A DNA stretch of 64,000 nucleotides from Pseudoxanthomonas sp. (GTDB lineage Bacteria > Pseudomonadota > Gammaproteobacteria > Xanthomonadales > Xanthomonadaceae), in NCBI GenBank assembly GCA_017745195.1, contig JAGHZW010000180.1, positions 47,978-111,977 on the forward strand. Direction: 5' to 3'. The stretch's first letter is position 1; the number at the start of each line of letters is the position of its first letter. Positions 18,301 to 28,217 of the stretch are shown here, one piece after another. The notes beneath the pieces are model-generated. The model was not told the origin of the DNA and did no database searches. It was given only the letters and a program-made list of their open reading frames with translations. A program made the translations under genes and the position numbers.

Positions 18301-18502
18301 CTACGCCTTGCGTCGCGTCGACGGCGAACTGCGGCTGGACGTGGCTGCCGACGCGGGCCTGCCACCGGGCGGGCTGGTGCTGCCGTGGCCGTACGCGGGC
18401 GAGCCTGGCTACGCCACGGTCGACGGCAAGCCCACGCGGTGGCAGCAGGGCGAGCTCCACATCACCCGGCCGGGCGCGAAGGTGCGCATCGTCGTGCCCT
18501 GA
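15347..18502 (+). CDS. Secreted multidomain protein: CBM-like N-domain, discoidin (F5/8 type C, CBM32-like) domain and C-terminal (alpha/alpha)6 six-hairpin glycosidase-like domain
   Basis: Signal peptide; AIDGDLATAW...LVLDLG discoidin motif; YSRSWIRDGA, ENDSHG and SHEG motifs resembling six-hairpin GHs. Confidence 0.75.
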   Translation: MRVRGSVVVFVLAMLAIARPAAAQSRLLDGFEDASPWRVVTSNQVSGRLRQVDGFEGKALCLDYDFNGVSGYVGIQRDLPLEFPENYRFAFQLRGDSPANDLQFKLLDASGDNVWWVNRPKFAFPSDWTEVRYRQRHISRAWGPDPDKVLRRSAKLEFTIYNNAGGAGSVCFDELTFEPLPSDPVAPPRATSAQASASPATAARAIDGDLATAWQARGRQRLVLDLGQLREFGGLRLHWSAAGRRPSRYAVSLQEPGGGWREVRRVEQGRGDTDWIALPEAESRRIALDFEGTDYALAEAQVQPLSFSAHPNDFVKAVAAGLPRGWLPRGFSGEQPYWTIVGVDGGHEQGLIGEDGAVEVARGGFSIEPFLLEQGRLLSWADVRTAQGLRPGGIPMPNVTWTAADGGDGARPLLDVLAFAQGTPQDSQLVMRYRLGNPHDAPREYTLALAVRPLQVNPPSQFLNTVGGVSRIGQLAIEGDVVEVDGRPRVFATVRPDAAFATAFDAGLEVMRLAGNDIPATTRVEDPTGLASGMLLYHWTLAPGETREVALVAPLGAPALATNGFDPQGFDLHASVQQAEARWQDLLGQVRLRLPTQAQAFSDTVHTALAHMLVSRIGARLQPGTRSYSRSWIRDGAMISEGLLRLGRPEVVRDYLEWYAPYQFDNGKVPCCVDDRGSDPVPENDSHGELIFNIAEYWRYTGDRAFLEKMWPHVSGAFGYMEQLRASERTPANRALDPAFYGMMPASISHEGYSAKPMHSYWDNFWALRGYKDAVEIARALGRDADARRMAAARDEFRADLAASLRAATRRHGIDYLPGAAELGDFDPTSTTIALAPGGEQDWLPRELLENTFERYWREFEQRRDGQREWKDYTPYEWRNVAAFVRLGWRERAWQATEYFFRDRRPQEWNQWAEVVSRTPRTPFFVGDLPHAWVASDFLRSALDMFAYARERDDTLVLAAGVPVDWLDGEGIAIEGLYTPHGRLGYALRRVDGELRLDVAADAGLPPGGLVLPWPYAGEPGYATVDGKPTRWQQGELHITRPGAKVRIVVP

Positions 18503-18593
18503 CGGAGCTTGCGGATCGCGCGTCGCGGGGCCGGAACGGATGCAGGAAGCGGGGCGGCGCGGTCAGTCGAACGTTTCGGAAATCCCGATGTGC

Positions 18594-18619
18594 GAAGGGC
18601 GGCCCGCGGGCCGCCCTTC
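18594..18619. terminator. Hairpin between convergent transcription units
   Basis: GAAGGGCGGCC-CGCG-GGCCGCCCTTC perfect inverted repeat with weak U-tracts. Confidence 0.6.
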
Positions 18620-18647
18620 CACCTTCAGGCCATGGCGGAGCCGGGCC

Positions 18648-19307
18648 TCAGCGGGCACGGACCCCGGCGACGATCGCCGCGGCCTTGGCCGCGCTGGCCT
18701 CGACCTTGTCCCACTCGCCGGCCTTGAGCCAGTTCTTCGGCACCATCCACGACCCACCGATGCAGACTACATTCGGCTGCGACAGGTACTCGGACGCGGT
18801 CTCCTCGGTGATGCCGCCGGTCGGGCAGATCTTCAACTCGGCCATCGGTCCGGCCAGGCCCTTGAGCATCGACAGGCCGCCGACGGCGGTGGCCGGGAAC
18901 AGCTTGCACACGCGGAAGCCGCGCGCCATCAGCGACAGGAATTCGGTCGGCGACGCGCCGCCCGGCACCACCGGGATCGGCGCCTTGGCCAGCGCGTCGG
19001 CCAGCTCCGGCGGGGTGCCCGGGGTGACCAGGAAGTCGGCGCCCAGCTCGATGCACTTCTGCATCTGCTCGATGGTCAGCACCGTGCCCATGCCGACGGC
19101 AATGCCGGGCAGTTCCTTCTTCAGCGCGACCAGCGCGTCGAGCGCGGCCGGCGTGCGCAGGGTCAGTTCGATCGCGGTCAGTCCGCCCTTGAGCAGTGCG
19201 GCCGAGAGCTTGCGTGCCTCGTCGACGCTGTCGGCGGTGACCACCGGCAGGATGCCGGACTTGCGCAGCAGCTGTTCGGCCTGGGCCTGGGTTTCGGCGA
19301 TGCTCAT
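18648..19307 (-). CDS. eda: KDPG/KHG aldolase
   Basis: IELTLRT, GMGTV, FLVTPG, KLFPA, CPTGGI, IGGSW motifs. Confidence 0.96.
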   Translation of the reverse strand: MSIAETQAQAEQLLRKSGILPVVTADSVDEARKLSAALLKGGLTAIELTLRTPAALDALVALKKELPGIAVGMGTVLTIEQMQKCIELGADFLVTPGTPPELADALAKAPIPVVPGGASPTEFLSLMARGFRVCKLFPATAVGGLSMLKGLAGPMAELKICPTGGITEETASEYLSQPNVVCIGGSWMVPKNWLKAGEWDKVEASAAKAAAIVAGVRAR

Positions 19308-19471
19308 GGGGGACGACGGCTCCGGATGCGGGATTCGCGGCAATTCTAACGCCTGCGCCGATGGCGGATGCGTCGGTTGCCGTTGCATCGATCGCGCGGC
19401 AGCGTGGCGTGATGGCCGCAGCCGGCGGCAGCGCGCCTTCGATGCAGCATCGGCGGGCGCGTGCCTGCAAG

Positions 19472-19501
19472 GATGCCGTCGCGCATCCGCGCGACGGCAT
19501 C
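19472..19501. repeat. Perfect 13-bp inverted repeat between edd and eda
   Basis: GATGCCGTCGCGC-ATCC-GCGCGACGGCATC. Confidence 0.65.
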
Positions 19502-19511
19502 ATCTCGGGAC

Positions 19512-21425
19512 TCAGGCGTCCTTGGCCTCGTGCGGCGCCAGTGCGGCGTCCGCATCGCAGCCGAGCTCGTACTCGGCGTCGTAGTCCCAGGCGCCGCCGT
19601 CGTGCGCCGGCGGACCGCAGGAAATCGACAGCGCGCCCTGGTCGGCCGGGCCCACCAGCGCGCGGCTGTTGGCGAACAGGTTGCGGCCCAGGTCGTGCAG
19701 GGCAGGGCTGGTGTTGGCGGCGACTTCGCGGGCGGCGAATTCGGCCGCGTCGACCAGCACTTCCAGCACGCCGGATTCGCTGTCCAAGCGGACCAGGTCG
19801 CCGTCGCGGACCTTGCCGATCGCACCGCCACGGGCGGCTTCCGGGGTGACGTGGATCGCCGCCGGGATCTTGCCGGAAGCGCCGGACAGACGTCCGTCGG
19901 TGACCAGCGCGACCTTGCGGCCCTGGTTCTGCAGCATGCCCAGCAGCGGCGCCAGCGAGTGCAGCTCCGGCATGCCGTTGGCGCGCGGGCCCTGGTAGGT
20001 GACGACCGCGACGAAGTCCTTCGGCAGCACGCCGGCAGCGTGCAGCTTGTTGAGCTTCTGCGGCGCGTCGACCACCACCGCCTGCGCCTCGACGTAGCGG
20101 TGTTCGGGCTTGACCGCCGACAGCTTGATCAGGCCGCGGCCGATGTTGCCGCGGAGCAGGCGCAGGCCGCCCTGGGCCTCGAACGGCGCGGCGGCGGTGC
20201 GCACCACCGATTCGTCGGCCGAAACCGCTGCGGCCGGTGCCGAGGACAGCGTGCCGTTGTCGAGCCGCGGCTCGCGGGTGAACGCGCGCATGCCGTCCGG
20301 CACCACGGTCTTCAGGTCGTGCATCAGGCCGGCGTCGAGCAGCTCGCGGAACACGAACGGCACGCCGCCCGAGGCCTGGAAGCGGTTCACGTCGGCCTCG
20401 CCGTTCGGGTACACACGCGCCAGCAGCGGCACCACCTGCGAGATCTGGTCCATGTCGTCCCAGGTCAGGACCACACCGGCGGCACGGGCGACGGCGATCC
20501 AGTGGATGGTGTGGTTGGTCGAGCCGCCGGTGGCCATCAGCGCGACCACCGCGTTGATGATCGCGCGTTCGTCGACCAGGTGGCCCAGCGGACGGTAGTC
20601 GTCGCCCAGCGCGCTCATCTGCAGGACGCGGCGCACGGCCTCGTCGTCCAGCGCGGCGCGCAGCGGCGTGCCCGGATTGATGAACGAGCTGCCCGGCAGC
20701 TGCACGCCCATCGCCTCGAGCAGCACCTGGTTGGAATTGGCGGTGCCGTAGAAGGTGCAGGTACCCGGCGCGTGGTACGACTGCGCCTCCACTTCCAGCA
20801 GCTCCTCGCGGGTGGCCTCGCCGGCGGCGTAGCGCTCGCGCACCTCGGCCTTCTTCTTGTTCGGGATGCCCGCCGGCATCGGCCCGGCCGGCACGAACAG
20901 CGCCGGCAGGTGGCCAAAGGCGAGGGCGCCGATCAGCAGGCCCGGCACGATCTTGTCGCAGATGCCCAGGAACAGCGCCGCGTCGAACGCGTCGTGGCTG
21001 AGGCCGACCGCGGTGGCCTGGGCGATCACGTCGCGCGAGAACAGCGACAGCTCCATGCCGCCGCGACCCTGGGTCACGCCGTCGCACATCGCCGGCACGC
21101 CGCCGGCGACCTGCGCGGTGGCGCCCAGGCTGCGGGCCAGGGCGCGGATGCGCTCGGGGTAATGCTCGTACGGCTGGTGCGCCGAGAGCATGTCGTTGTA
21201 CGCGGTGATGATGCCGAGGTTCGGCGTGACGTCGGCGCGCAGGCGCGCCTTGTCGGTATCGCCGCAGGCGGCGAACACGTGGGCCAGGTTGGCGCAGCTC
21301 AGCGGCTTGCGGTTGGGGCCGTTGCGCACGGCCGCCTCGATGCCCGCCAGGTAGGCGGCGCGCGAGGGCGCGCTGCGCTTGACGATGCGCTCGGTGATGG
21401 CTTCGATCTTCGGATGCAGGCTCAT
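19512..21425 (-). CDS. edd: 6-phosphogluconate dehydratase
   Basis: [58 protein letters not shown] motifs. Confidence 0.97.
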   Translation of the reverse strand: MSLHPKIEAITERIVKRSAPSRAAYLAGIEAAVRNGPNRKPLSCANLAHVFAACGDTDKARLRADVTPNLGIITAYNDMLSAHQPYEHYPERIRALARSLGATAQVAGGVPAMCDGVTQGRGGMELSLFSRDVIAQATAVGLSHDAFDAALFLGICDKIVPGLLIGALAFGHLPALFVPAGPMPAGIPNKKKAEVRERYAAGEATREELLEVEAQSYHAPGTCTFYGTANSNQVLLEAMGVQLPGSSFINPGTPLRAALDDEAVRRVLQMSALGDDYRPLGHLVDERAIINAVVALMATGGSTNHTIHWIAVARAAGVVLTWDDMDQISQVVPLLARVYPNGEADVNRFQASGGVPFVFRELLDAGLMHDLKTVVPDGMRAFTREPRLDNGTLSSAPAAAVSADESVVRTAAAPFEAQGGLRLLRGNIGRGLIKLSAVKPEHRYVEAQAVVVDAPQKLNKLHAAGVLPKDFVAVVTYQGPRANGMPELHSLAPLLGMLQNQGRKVALVTDGRLSGASGKIPAAIHVTPEAARGGAIGKVRDGDLVRLDSESGVLEVLVDAAEFAAREVAANTSPALHDLGRNLFANSRALVGPADQGALSISCGPPAHDGGAWDYDAEYELGCDADAALAPHEAKDA

Positions 21426-21552
21426 GGGCGTGGGGCTATGAGGGGAGGAAGGAAACACCCGGTGGTGTCAGGACACGTCCGGGTTTTCGTTGATTGCCGG
21501 CACAGGAATGTGCCGGCGCTGCGAAGGATTCGCGTCAGGGAGGAGCTCGCAC

Positions 21553-22281
21553 TCACGCACACCAGTGCACGCGCACCGGTTCGATGCCGATGCCGAGCGC
21601 GGCACGGATCGGCAGCTCGCGGATGTCGTCGCCGTCGAGCGCACGCAGGAACACTTCGCGCTTGGTTTCGCCGCGCAACAGCAGCAGGCGGTGGCGGGTG
21701 TGCGCCAGGCCGAACGGGGTCAGGGTGATGCGCAGCGGCCAGTCGCCCGAGACCGGGCAACCGGTGGCGTCCAGCGCCGCGTAGGGCTGGTCGCTGGCCA
21801 GCACCCGCTCCAGGTCGACCGAACCGGGGAACAGCGACGCGGTGTGGCCGTCGTTGCCCATGCCCAGCACCGCCACGCAGGCGTCGTCGGCATGGCGTGC
21901 CTCGACATTGGCCGCATGCACCGACTCGGCCAGGGTCAGGCCTTCGCGCACCAGCGGCTCGAACCGGCCGACATCGGCACGCTCGAGCAGGCTTTCGCGG
22001 ACCAGTCGCGCGTTGCTGGCGCTGTCCTGCGGCGACAGCCAGCGTTCGTCGACCAGGCCGACGGTGATCTTCGACCAGTCCAGCGGCGCGACCGCCAGCT
22101 GGGCGTAGGCCGGCGCCGGCGTGGTGCCGCCGGAAAGCAGCATCCGCGCGCGGCCACGGATGGCCAGCTCCACCGCCAGCATCCGCTCCATATCCTGGGC
22201 GATGCCCAGGGTCCATGATTCCGGATCGCGGTGCTCGATCCATTCGATGCGCGAATCGGGTTTGACCGGCTTGGACTTCAT
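21553..22281 (-). CDS. pgl: 6-phosphogluconolactonase
   Basis: LSGGTTP, VDERW, SN, LGMGNDGHTASLFP, RITLT motifs. Confidence 0.95.
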   Translation of the reverse strand: MKSKPVKPDSRIEWIEHRDPESWTLGIAQDMERMLAVELAIRGRARMLLSGGTTPAPAYAQLAVAPLDWSKITVGLVDERWLSPQDSASNARLVRESLLERADVGRFEPLVREGLTLAESVHAANVEARHADDACVAVLGMGNDGHTASLFPGSVDLERVLASDQPYAALDATGCPVSGDWPLRITLTPFGLAHTRHRLLLLRGETKREVFLRALDGDDIRELPIRAALGIGIEPVRVHWCA

Positions 22282-23273
22282 TGCAGCTGGCCCTCCCGGC
22301 GAAGCAGGTCGACGGCGTAGGCGGCGGCGCCGAGCAGGCCGGCACGCGGATGGACCACGGCCAGCGAGGGCACCCGCGCCATGGTCGGCGAGAAGCGGCC
22401 CTTGTACTCGAAGCGCTGGCGGAAACCGGAATGGCGCAGCGAGTCGAGCATCTTCGGCACCAGCCCGCCGGTGAGGAACACGCCGTCCCACGCGCCGACG
22501 GTCAGCACCAGGTCGCCGGACACGGCGCCGAACACCGCGCAGAACACGTCCACTGCGCGCATGCCCAGCGCATCGCCCTGGGCGGCGCGGGCGGTGATGT
22601 CCTTCGGTTCGAGCAGGCCCGGATCCACCCCGGCGATCTCGCACAGGGCACGGTGGATGTTGACCAGGCCCGGCCCGCAGATCAGGCGTTCGTTGGAGAC
22701 CCGGCCGTACTGTTCGGAGAGGATCTCCAGGATCCGGATCTCCTCCGGCGTGCCGGGCGGGAAGCTGATGTGTCCGCCTTCGGTCTCGAGCGGATAGCAG
22801 CGACCGTCGCGGATCAGCAGTCCGCCCACGCCCAGGCCGGTGCCCGGGCCGAGCACGGCATAGGTGCGCGGCTGGTCGAGCGGGGCCGGCGTCCAGCTGG
22901 CGCCGCCGATCTGGACCACGTCCTCCGGCCGGTACAGGCTGATCGCCATCGCCTGCGCGGCGAAGTCGTTGATCAGGTGGACCTGGTCGAAGCCGAGCAT
23001 CTCGCGGGTGCGGCTGCGCGAGATGACCCACGGATGATTGGTGATCCGTGCCTCGTCGCCGTCCACGCGCCCGGCCACGGCGAACACGCCGCGTTCGACC
23101 TGCGCGCCGACCTGGTCGAGGTAATGGCGCGCGGTATCGGCCAGCGACGGGAAGTCGGCGACGGCGAACTCGCGCACGCTGTCGTCCAGCAGCGGCACCG
23201 CGAGCTGCGGGTCGGCCAAGGCGAAACGGGCGTTGGTACCACCGATGTCTGCGATCAGCAGCAGGCCGGTCAT
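22278..23273 (-). CDS. glk: Glucokinase
   Basis: ADIGGTNARFA, INDF, GPGTGLG, EGGH, GLLGAA motifs. Confidence 0.96.
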   Translation of the reverse strand: MTGLLLIADIGGTNARFALADPQLAVPLLDDSVREFAVADFPSLADTARHYLDQVGAQVERGVFAVAGRVDGDEARITNHPWVISRSRTREMLGFDQVHLINDFAAQAMAISLYRPEDVVQIGGASWTPAPLDQPRTYAVLGPGTGLGVGGLLIRDGRCYPLETEGGHISFPPGTPEEIRILEILSEQYGRVSNERLICGPGLVNIHRALCEIAGVDPGLLEPKDITARAAQGDALGMRAVDVFCAVFGAVSGDLVLTVGAWDGVFLTGGLVPKMLDSLRHSGFRQRFEYKGRFSPTMARVPSLAVVHPRAGLLGAAAYAVDLLRREGQLQ

Positions 23274-23275
23274 GC

Positions 23276-24748
23276 TCAGCCCCCGCGGCCCGTGGGGCGG
23301 CCAACCGCGTCGAACTGCGCCGGCAGGTAGCCGGCGGCTTCGCGCGGGCCCCAGGTGCCGGCCGGGTAGTACTCCAGCGGCGCGTCGCCGCGCTTCCAGC
23401 CCTCGACCACGCTGTCGGTCCAGGCCCATGCGGCCTCGACCTCGTCGTTACGCACGAACAGGGCATGGTTGCCGTGCAGCGCGTCCAGGAACAGGCGTTC
23501 GTAGGCGATGCGCCGGTTCTGGCCGGTTTCCGAGGACAGTTCCAGTTCCAGCGGTTGCAGTTCCAGGGTGCCCCATTCCGGACCGGCCAGGCTGCTCATC
23601 AGGCCCAGCTCGATGTCCTCCTGCGGCTGCAGGCGGAAGGTCAGGCGGTTGGGCGCGGCATGGGCGCCGTCCGGGCGCTCGAACAGCCAGTGGCTGACCG
23701 GCTTGAGGGTCACGGTGACCACGGTCGAGCGTTCGGCCATGCGCTTGCCGGTGACCAGGTGGAACGGCACCCCGGCCCAGCGCCAGTTGTCGATGTGGGC
23801 GGTGACGCCGACGAACGTTTCGACATCGCTGTCATCCGGCGGCGTGTAAGCCTGCACCGGATTGCCATCGATCGTGCCCGCGATGTAGCGGCCGCGCACG
23901 CTGTGGCGCTTGGCCTCCGCGGCGCTGAACGGACGCAGCGCGCGCAGCACCTTGACCTTCTCGTCGCGGATGCGGTCGGCGGCGAGCGAGGCCGGCGGTT
24001 CCATCGCCACCAGGCACAGCAGCTGCAGGATGTGGCTCTGGACCATGTCGCGCAGCGCGCCGGAGCGGGCGTAGTAGGAATTGCGCCCGTCCACGCCCTC
24101 GGTTTCGGAGACCAGGATGTTGACCGAGTCGATGTAGGTGCGGTTCCAGACCGCTTCCAGCAGCGTGTTGCCGAAGCGCAGCGCGAGCAGGTTCTGCACC
24201 GCGGCCTTGCCCAGGTAATGATCGATGCGGAAGATCCGGTCCTCGTCGATCAGCCCGCCGATGGCGGCGTTGATCTCGCGCGCCGAGGCCAGGTCCGAAC
24301 CGATCGGCTTTTCCAGCATCAGCCGGTTGGGCGCCTTGAACGCGCCGCCCAGGGCCAGGCCCTGGCAGGTGCTGATGTACAGACCCGGCGGGATCGACAG
24401 GTAGCTGACGCAGGGGCGGTCGACCAGGTCGCGCACCGCGTCGGCCACGGATTCGGGCGTGCGCATGTCCACCGAGCGGTAGTCGACCCGGGCCAGGAAC
24501 TGCTCGATCTGCTCGGCGGAGGGCGCGTAGTGGGCCAGGCTGGCGAAGCGCTCGCGCAGGATCCCGCGGAATTTCTCGGTGTCGTGCGGCGACAGCGCCA
24601 GCGCGCGCACGCGGAAGTTCTCCGGCAGCAGGCCATCGCCTTGCAGGCGCAGCAGCGAGGGGAACAGGTAGCGCTGCGCCAGGTCGCCGGTGGCGCCGAA
24701 CAGCAGCAGGGTGTCATGCATCCGGTGGGCTTCCGTGGGGTGTGACAT
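23276..24748 (-). CDS. zwf: Glucose-6-phosphate 1-dehydrogenase
   Basis: FGATGDLA, EKPIG, RIDHYLGK, RDMVQSH, RWAGVPF, AYERL motifs; start 24748 or 24721. Confidence 0.96.
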   Translation of the reverse strand: MSHPTEAHRMHDTLLLFGATGDLAQRYLFPSLLRLQGDGLLPENFRVRALALSPHDTEKFRGILRERFASLAHYAPSAEQIEQFLARVDYRSVDMRTPESVADAVRDLVDRPCVSYLSIPPGLYISTCQGLALGGAFKAPNRLMLEKPIGSDLASAREINAAIGGLIDEDRIFRIDHYLGKAAVQNLLALRFGNTLLEAVWNRTYIDSVNILVSETEGVDGRNSYYARSGALRDMVQSHILQLLCLVAMEPPASLAADRIRDEKVKVLRALRPFSAAEAKRHSVRGRYIAGTIDGNPVQAYTPPDDSDVETFVGVTAHIDNWRWAGVPFHLVTGKRMAERSTVVTVTLKPVSHWLFERPDGAHAAPNRLTFRLQPQEDIELGLMSSLAGPEWGTLELQPLELELSSETGQNRRIAYERLFLDALHGNHALFVRNDEVEAAWAWTDSVVEGWKRGDAPLEYYPAGTWGPREAAGYLPAQFDAVGRPTGRGG

Positions 24749-25139
24749 CGGGTCCGTGGCTTCTCTCGAGTGTCGTGTCCGGGAGGACAAAGGCATCGCA
24801 CGGGAGGTGGAGATTGCCCGCGCGGGGATATGCAAACTGTCGAAATATGGCCGTCCACCGCACTTCTTGTCCAGTGGTCAGGACGGTGTCCGTGGAAACG
24901 ATCATCGCGCGTCGCGGCCTCCGGCAAGGCCGGTGCCGGCGTTCCGGCGCGCACGTTCCGGCGACGGCACGGCGACCTGCAAAGCCTTGTCGCAGCTGCG
25001 TCATGCGTCCGCGTCCGAGGGCGTTGCGCATCCGCTGGACGTCGCCACGGCCGGGGGCGCATGCCATGATCCGGGACGCGCGCAGCGGACCTGCGATTCC
25101 CGCGCGGGTGTGGGCGCATACGTATTCCCGGAGGAGCGG

Positions 25140-26219
<1,080 letters not shown>

Positions 26220-26239
26220 CCTGCCTGGCCGCCCGGTGT

Positions 26240-27127
26240 TCAGCGGGCCAGGCCTTCCACGAAGGGTTCGACCCCCGCCGCCACGCCCTCGACGAGCAGC
26301 GGCGTGGCGTCGCGTTCCAGCGGCAGCACGGCCAGCGCCAGGCGCGGTGCCGTGCCGGCGGCACTGGCCAGGCTGCCGATCGCGGCGTCGGACTGGAATA
26401 CCTCGGCGCCCGCCTCGACCGCATCCGCGACCTGCAGCAGCAGGGTTTCGCGCTTGGCCCGGCCGAGGAAGTGGGTACGGGCGACGATCTCCTGGCCCGG
26501 GTAGCAGCCCTTCTTCACGCTGAAGGCGGCCAGCCGTTCCAGCCCGAGCTGCTGCGGCGTCCACTGCTCGCGCTGCGCTGCCGGCAGGCGCGGCAGCCCC
26601 AGGCGCAGGTCGGCGGCGGCCCAGGCCTGCGATGCGGCCGGATCGGCCGCGGTCGGGGCAGGGGACAGGCGCAGCGTGCGCAGCAGGCCGGGCGCGCCGT
26701 AGTCCAGCTCCAGCCCGGTCGCGTCGTCGCCCGCGAGCAGACCGCCGTGGGCCTGTGCGGCGCGGAACGCGCCCGCCACATGCAGGTCCGGGCGCGGCGC
26801 GATCACCAGCTTGCGCCGGAACACGAAGCGGCGCAGCGCATCGCCCAGTTCCGCCGCATCGAAGTCCGGCAGCACCAGCCGCAGCGACGTCTCGCCGCTG
26901 CGCAGCAGCGCGAACACGGCGATCACGCGGCCTTTGGGCGTCAGCAGCGTGCTCCAGTGCCAGTGTCCCGTGGCCAGCGCTGTCACGTCGCTGGCGAACT
27001 GCGCCTGGGCGAAGGCGACCGCGTCCGGGCCGTCGAGGGCGAGCACCGAATGGCCGTCCAGCGCGAAGAAATCCACAGGAAATTCCGTTGGATTCAAGGG
27101 GGATACGAAAGGCTGGTTGTCAGGCAC
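26240..27127 (-). CDS. ygfZ: Folate-binding Fe-S/tRNA-modification protein YgfZ
   Basis: Signature KKGCYPGQEIVAR; start codon uncertain. Confidence 0.92.
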   Translation of the reverse strand: MPDNQPFVSPLNPTEFPVDFFALDGHSVLALDGPDAVAFAQAQFASDVTALATGHWHWSTLLTPKGRVIAVFALLRSGETSLRLVLPDFDAAELGDALRRFVFRRKLVIAPRPDLHVAGAFRAAQAHGGLLAGDDATGLELDYGAPGLLRTLRLSPAPTAADPAASQAWAAADLRLGLPRLPAAQREQWTPQQLGLERLAAFSVKKGCYPGQEIVARTHFLGRAKRETLLLQVADAVEAGAEVFQSDAAIGSLASAAGTAPRLALAVLPLERDATPLLVEGVAAGVEPFVEGLAR

Positions 27128-27168
27128 GTTAACGGGGGCTTAAAATTTTGTGCGTTGCAAGGAGTCCC

Positions 27169-27345
27169 ATGATAGGTCAAAGCCCCGCGGTTCCCGAGCC
27201 TGCCGATGCGCAGGGCGATGGAACGCAGTCACCCGCCGACGCACACGCCGGCAAGGTGATGCCGCGCGAGTACGGCGGGCGCGAGGGTCCGGAGCCGACC
27301 CGCTACGGGGACTGGGAAAAGAACGGGCGCTGCGTCGATTTCTGA
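27169..27345 (+). CDS. DUF1674 / SDH assembly factor 4 (Sdh8/SDHAF4-like) small protein
   Basis: EYGGREGPEPTRYGDWEKNGRCVDF motif; AGGAG RBS before ATG 27169; directly upstream of sdhC. Confidence 0.88.
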   Translation: MIGQSPAVPEPADAQGDGTQSPADAHAGKVMPREYGGREGPEPTRYGDWEKNGRCVDF

Positions 27346-27403
27346 TCGCCGCGCCAACAGCCACGCGGCCCATCGCCGCACAGCCGAGACAACGAGTCAG
27401 CGA

Positions 27404-27796
27404 ATGAGCAGTCGCGAACGCCCCCTGTCACCTCATCTGCAGGTGTATCGCTGGCAGATCCAGATGGTGACCTCGATCCTGCACCGCGCCACCGGCGTCG
27501 TCCTCGCCGTGGGCGCGCTGGTCATCGCCGCAGGCCTGCTGGCACTGATGCTGGGCCCGGAATCCTGGGCCTGCTTCACCGGCCATGCCGGCGCCTGGTA
27601 CGGCAAGGTCTTCCTGTTCGGCTGGAGCTGGAGCTTCGCCTACCACCTGTGCAACGGCATCCGCCACGTGGTCCAGGACTTCGCCATCGGCTACAGCATC
27701 CCGGCCTTCGTCCGCAGCAGCTGGCTGTCGGTGGTCGGCAGCCTGGTCATCACCGCGCTGATCTGGGCCTGCGCACTGAACGGAGGTGGCGCATGA
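27404..27796 (+). CDS. sdhC: Succinate dehydrogenase cytochrome b556 subunit
   Basis: [26 protein letters not shown] motifs. Confidence 0.96.
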   Translation: MSSRERPLSPHLQVYRWQIQMVTSILHRATGVVLAVGALVIAAGLLALMLGPESWACFTGHAGAWYGKVFLFGWSWSFAYHLCNGIRHVVQDFAIGYSIPAFVRSSWLSVVGSLVITALIWACALNGGGA

Positions 27797-28191
27797 GCGC
27801 GAGCAACGGCAACCGGTTCCGCACCCCGCTGAAGAACGTGCGCGGCTGGGGTTCGGCCAAGACCGGCACCGAGCACTTCATCCACCAGCGCCTGACCGCC
27901 ACCGCGCTGGTCATCCTCGGCCTGTGGTTCGTCTGGTTCGTGCTCGGCCTGGTCGGCAGCGACTACCTGACCGCGACCGACGCGGTGTCCAAGCCGTGGA
28001 ACGCGGTGCTGCTCGTCGGCTTCCTCGCCGCCACGTTCTGGCACGCGCAGCTCGGCCTGCAGGTCGTGCTGGAGGACTACATCCACCATTCGCTGCTGGC
28101 CCTGATCCTGCAGACCGGCGTGAAGTTCATCGCGGTGCTGGGCGCGCTCGTCAGCATCTTCGCCGTCGCCCGCATCGCGCTGGCCGGCTGA
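27793..28191 (+). CDS. sdhD: Succinate dehydrogenase membrane anchor
   Basis: [30 protein letters not shown] motifs. Confidence 0.95.
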   Translation: MSASNGNRFRTPLKNVRGWGSAKTGTEHFIHQRLTATALVILGLWFVWFVLGLVGSDYLTATDAVSKPWNAVLLVGFLAATFWHAQLGLQVVLEDYIHHSLLALILQTGVKFIAVLGALVSIFAVARIALAG

Positions 28192-28217
28192 GCCGCGCGC
28201 AAAGGAATAGAGAACCG

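Noticed and set aside
21496-21517. Hairpin GCCGGCACA-GGAA-TGTGCCGGC as a CsrA/RsmA site
   Set aside because: The GGA loop is on the non-transcribed strand; the operon runs on the minus strand.
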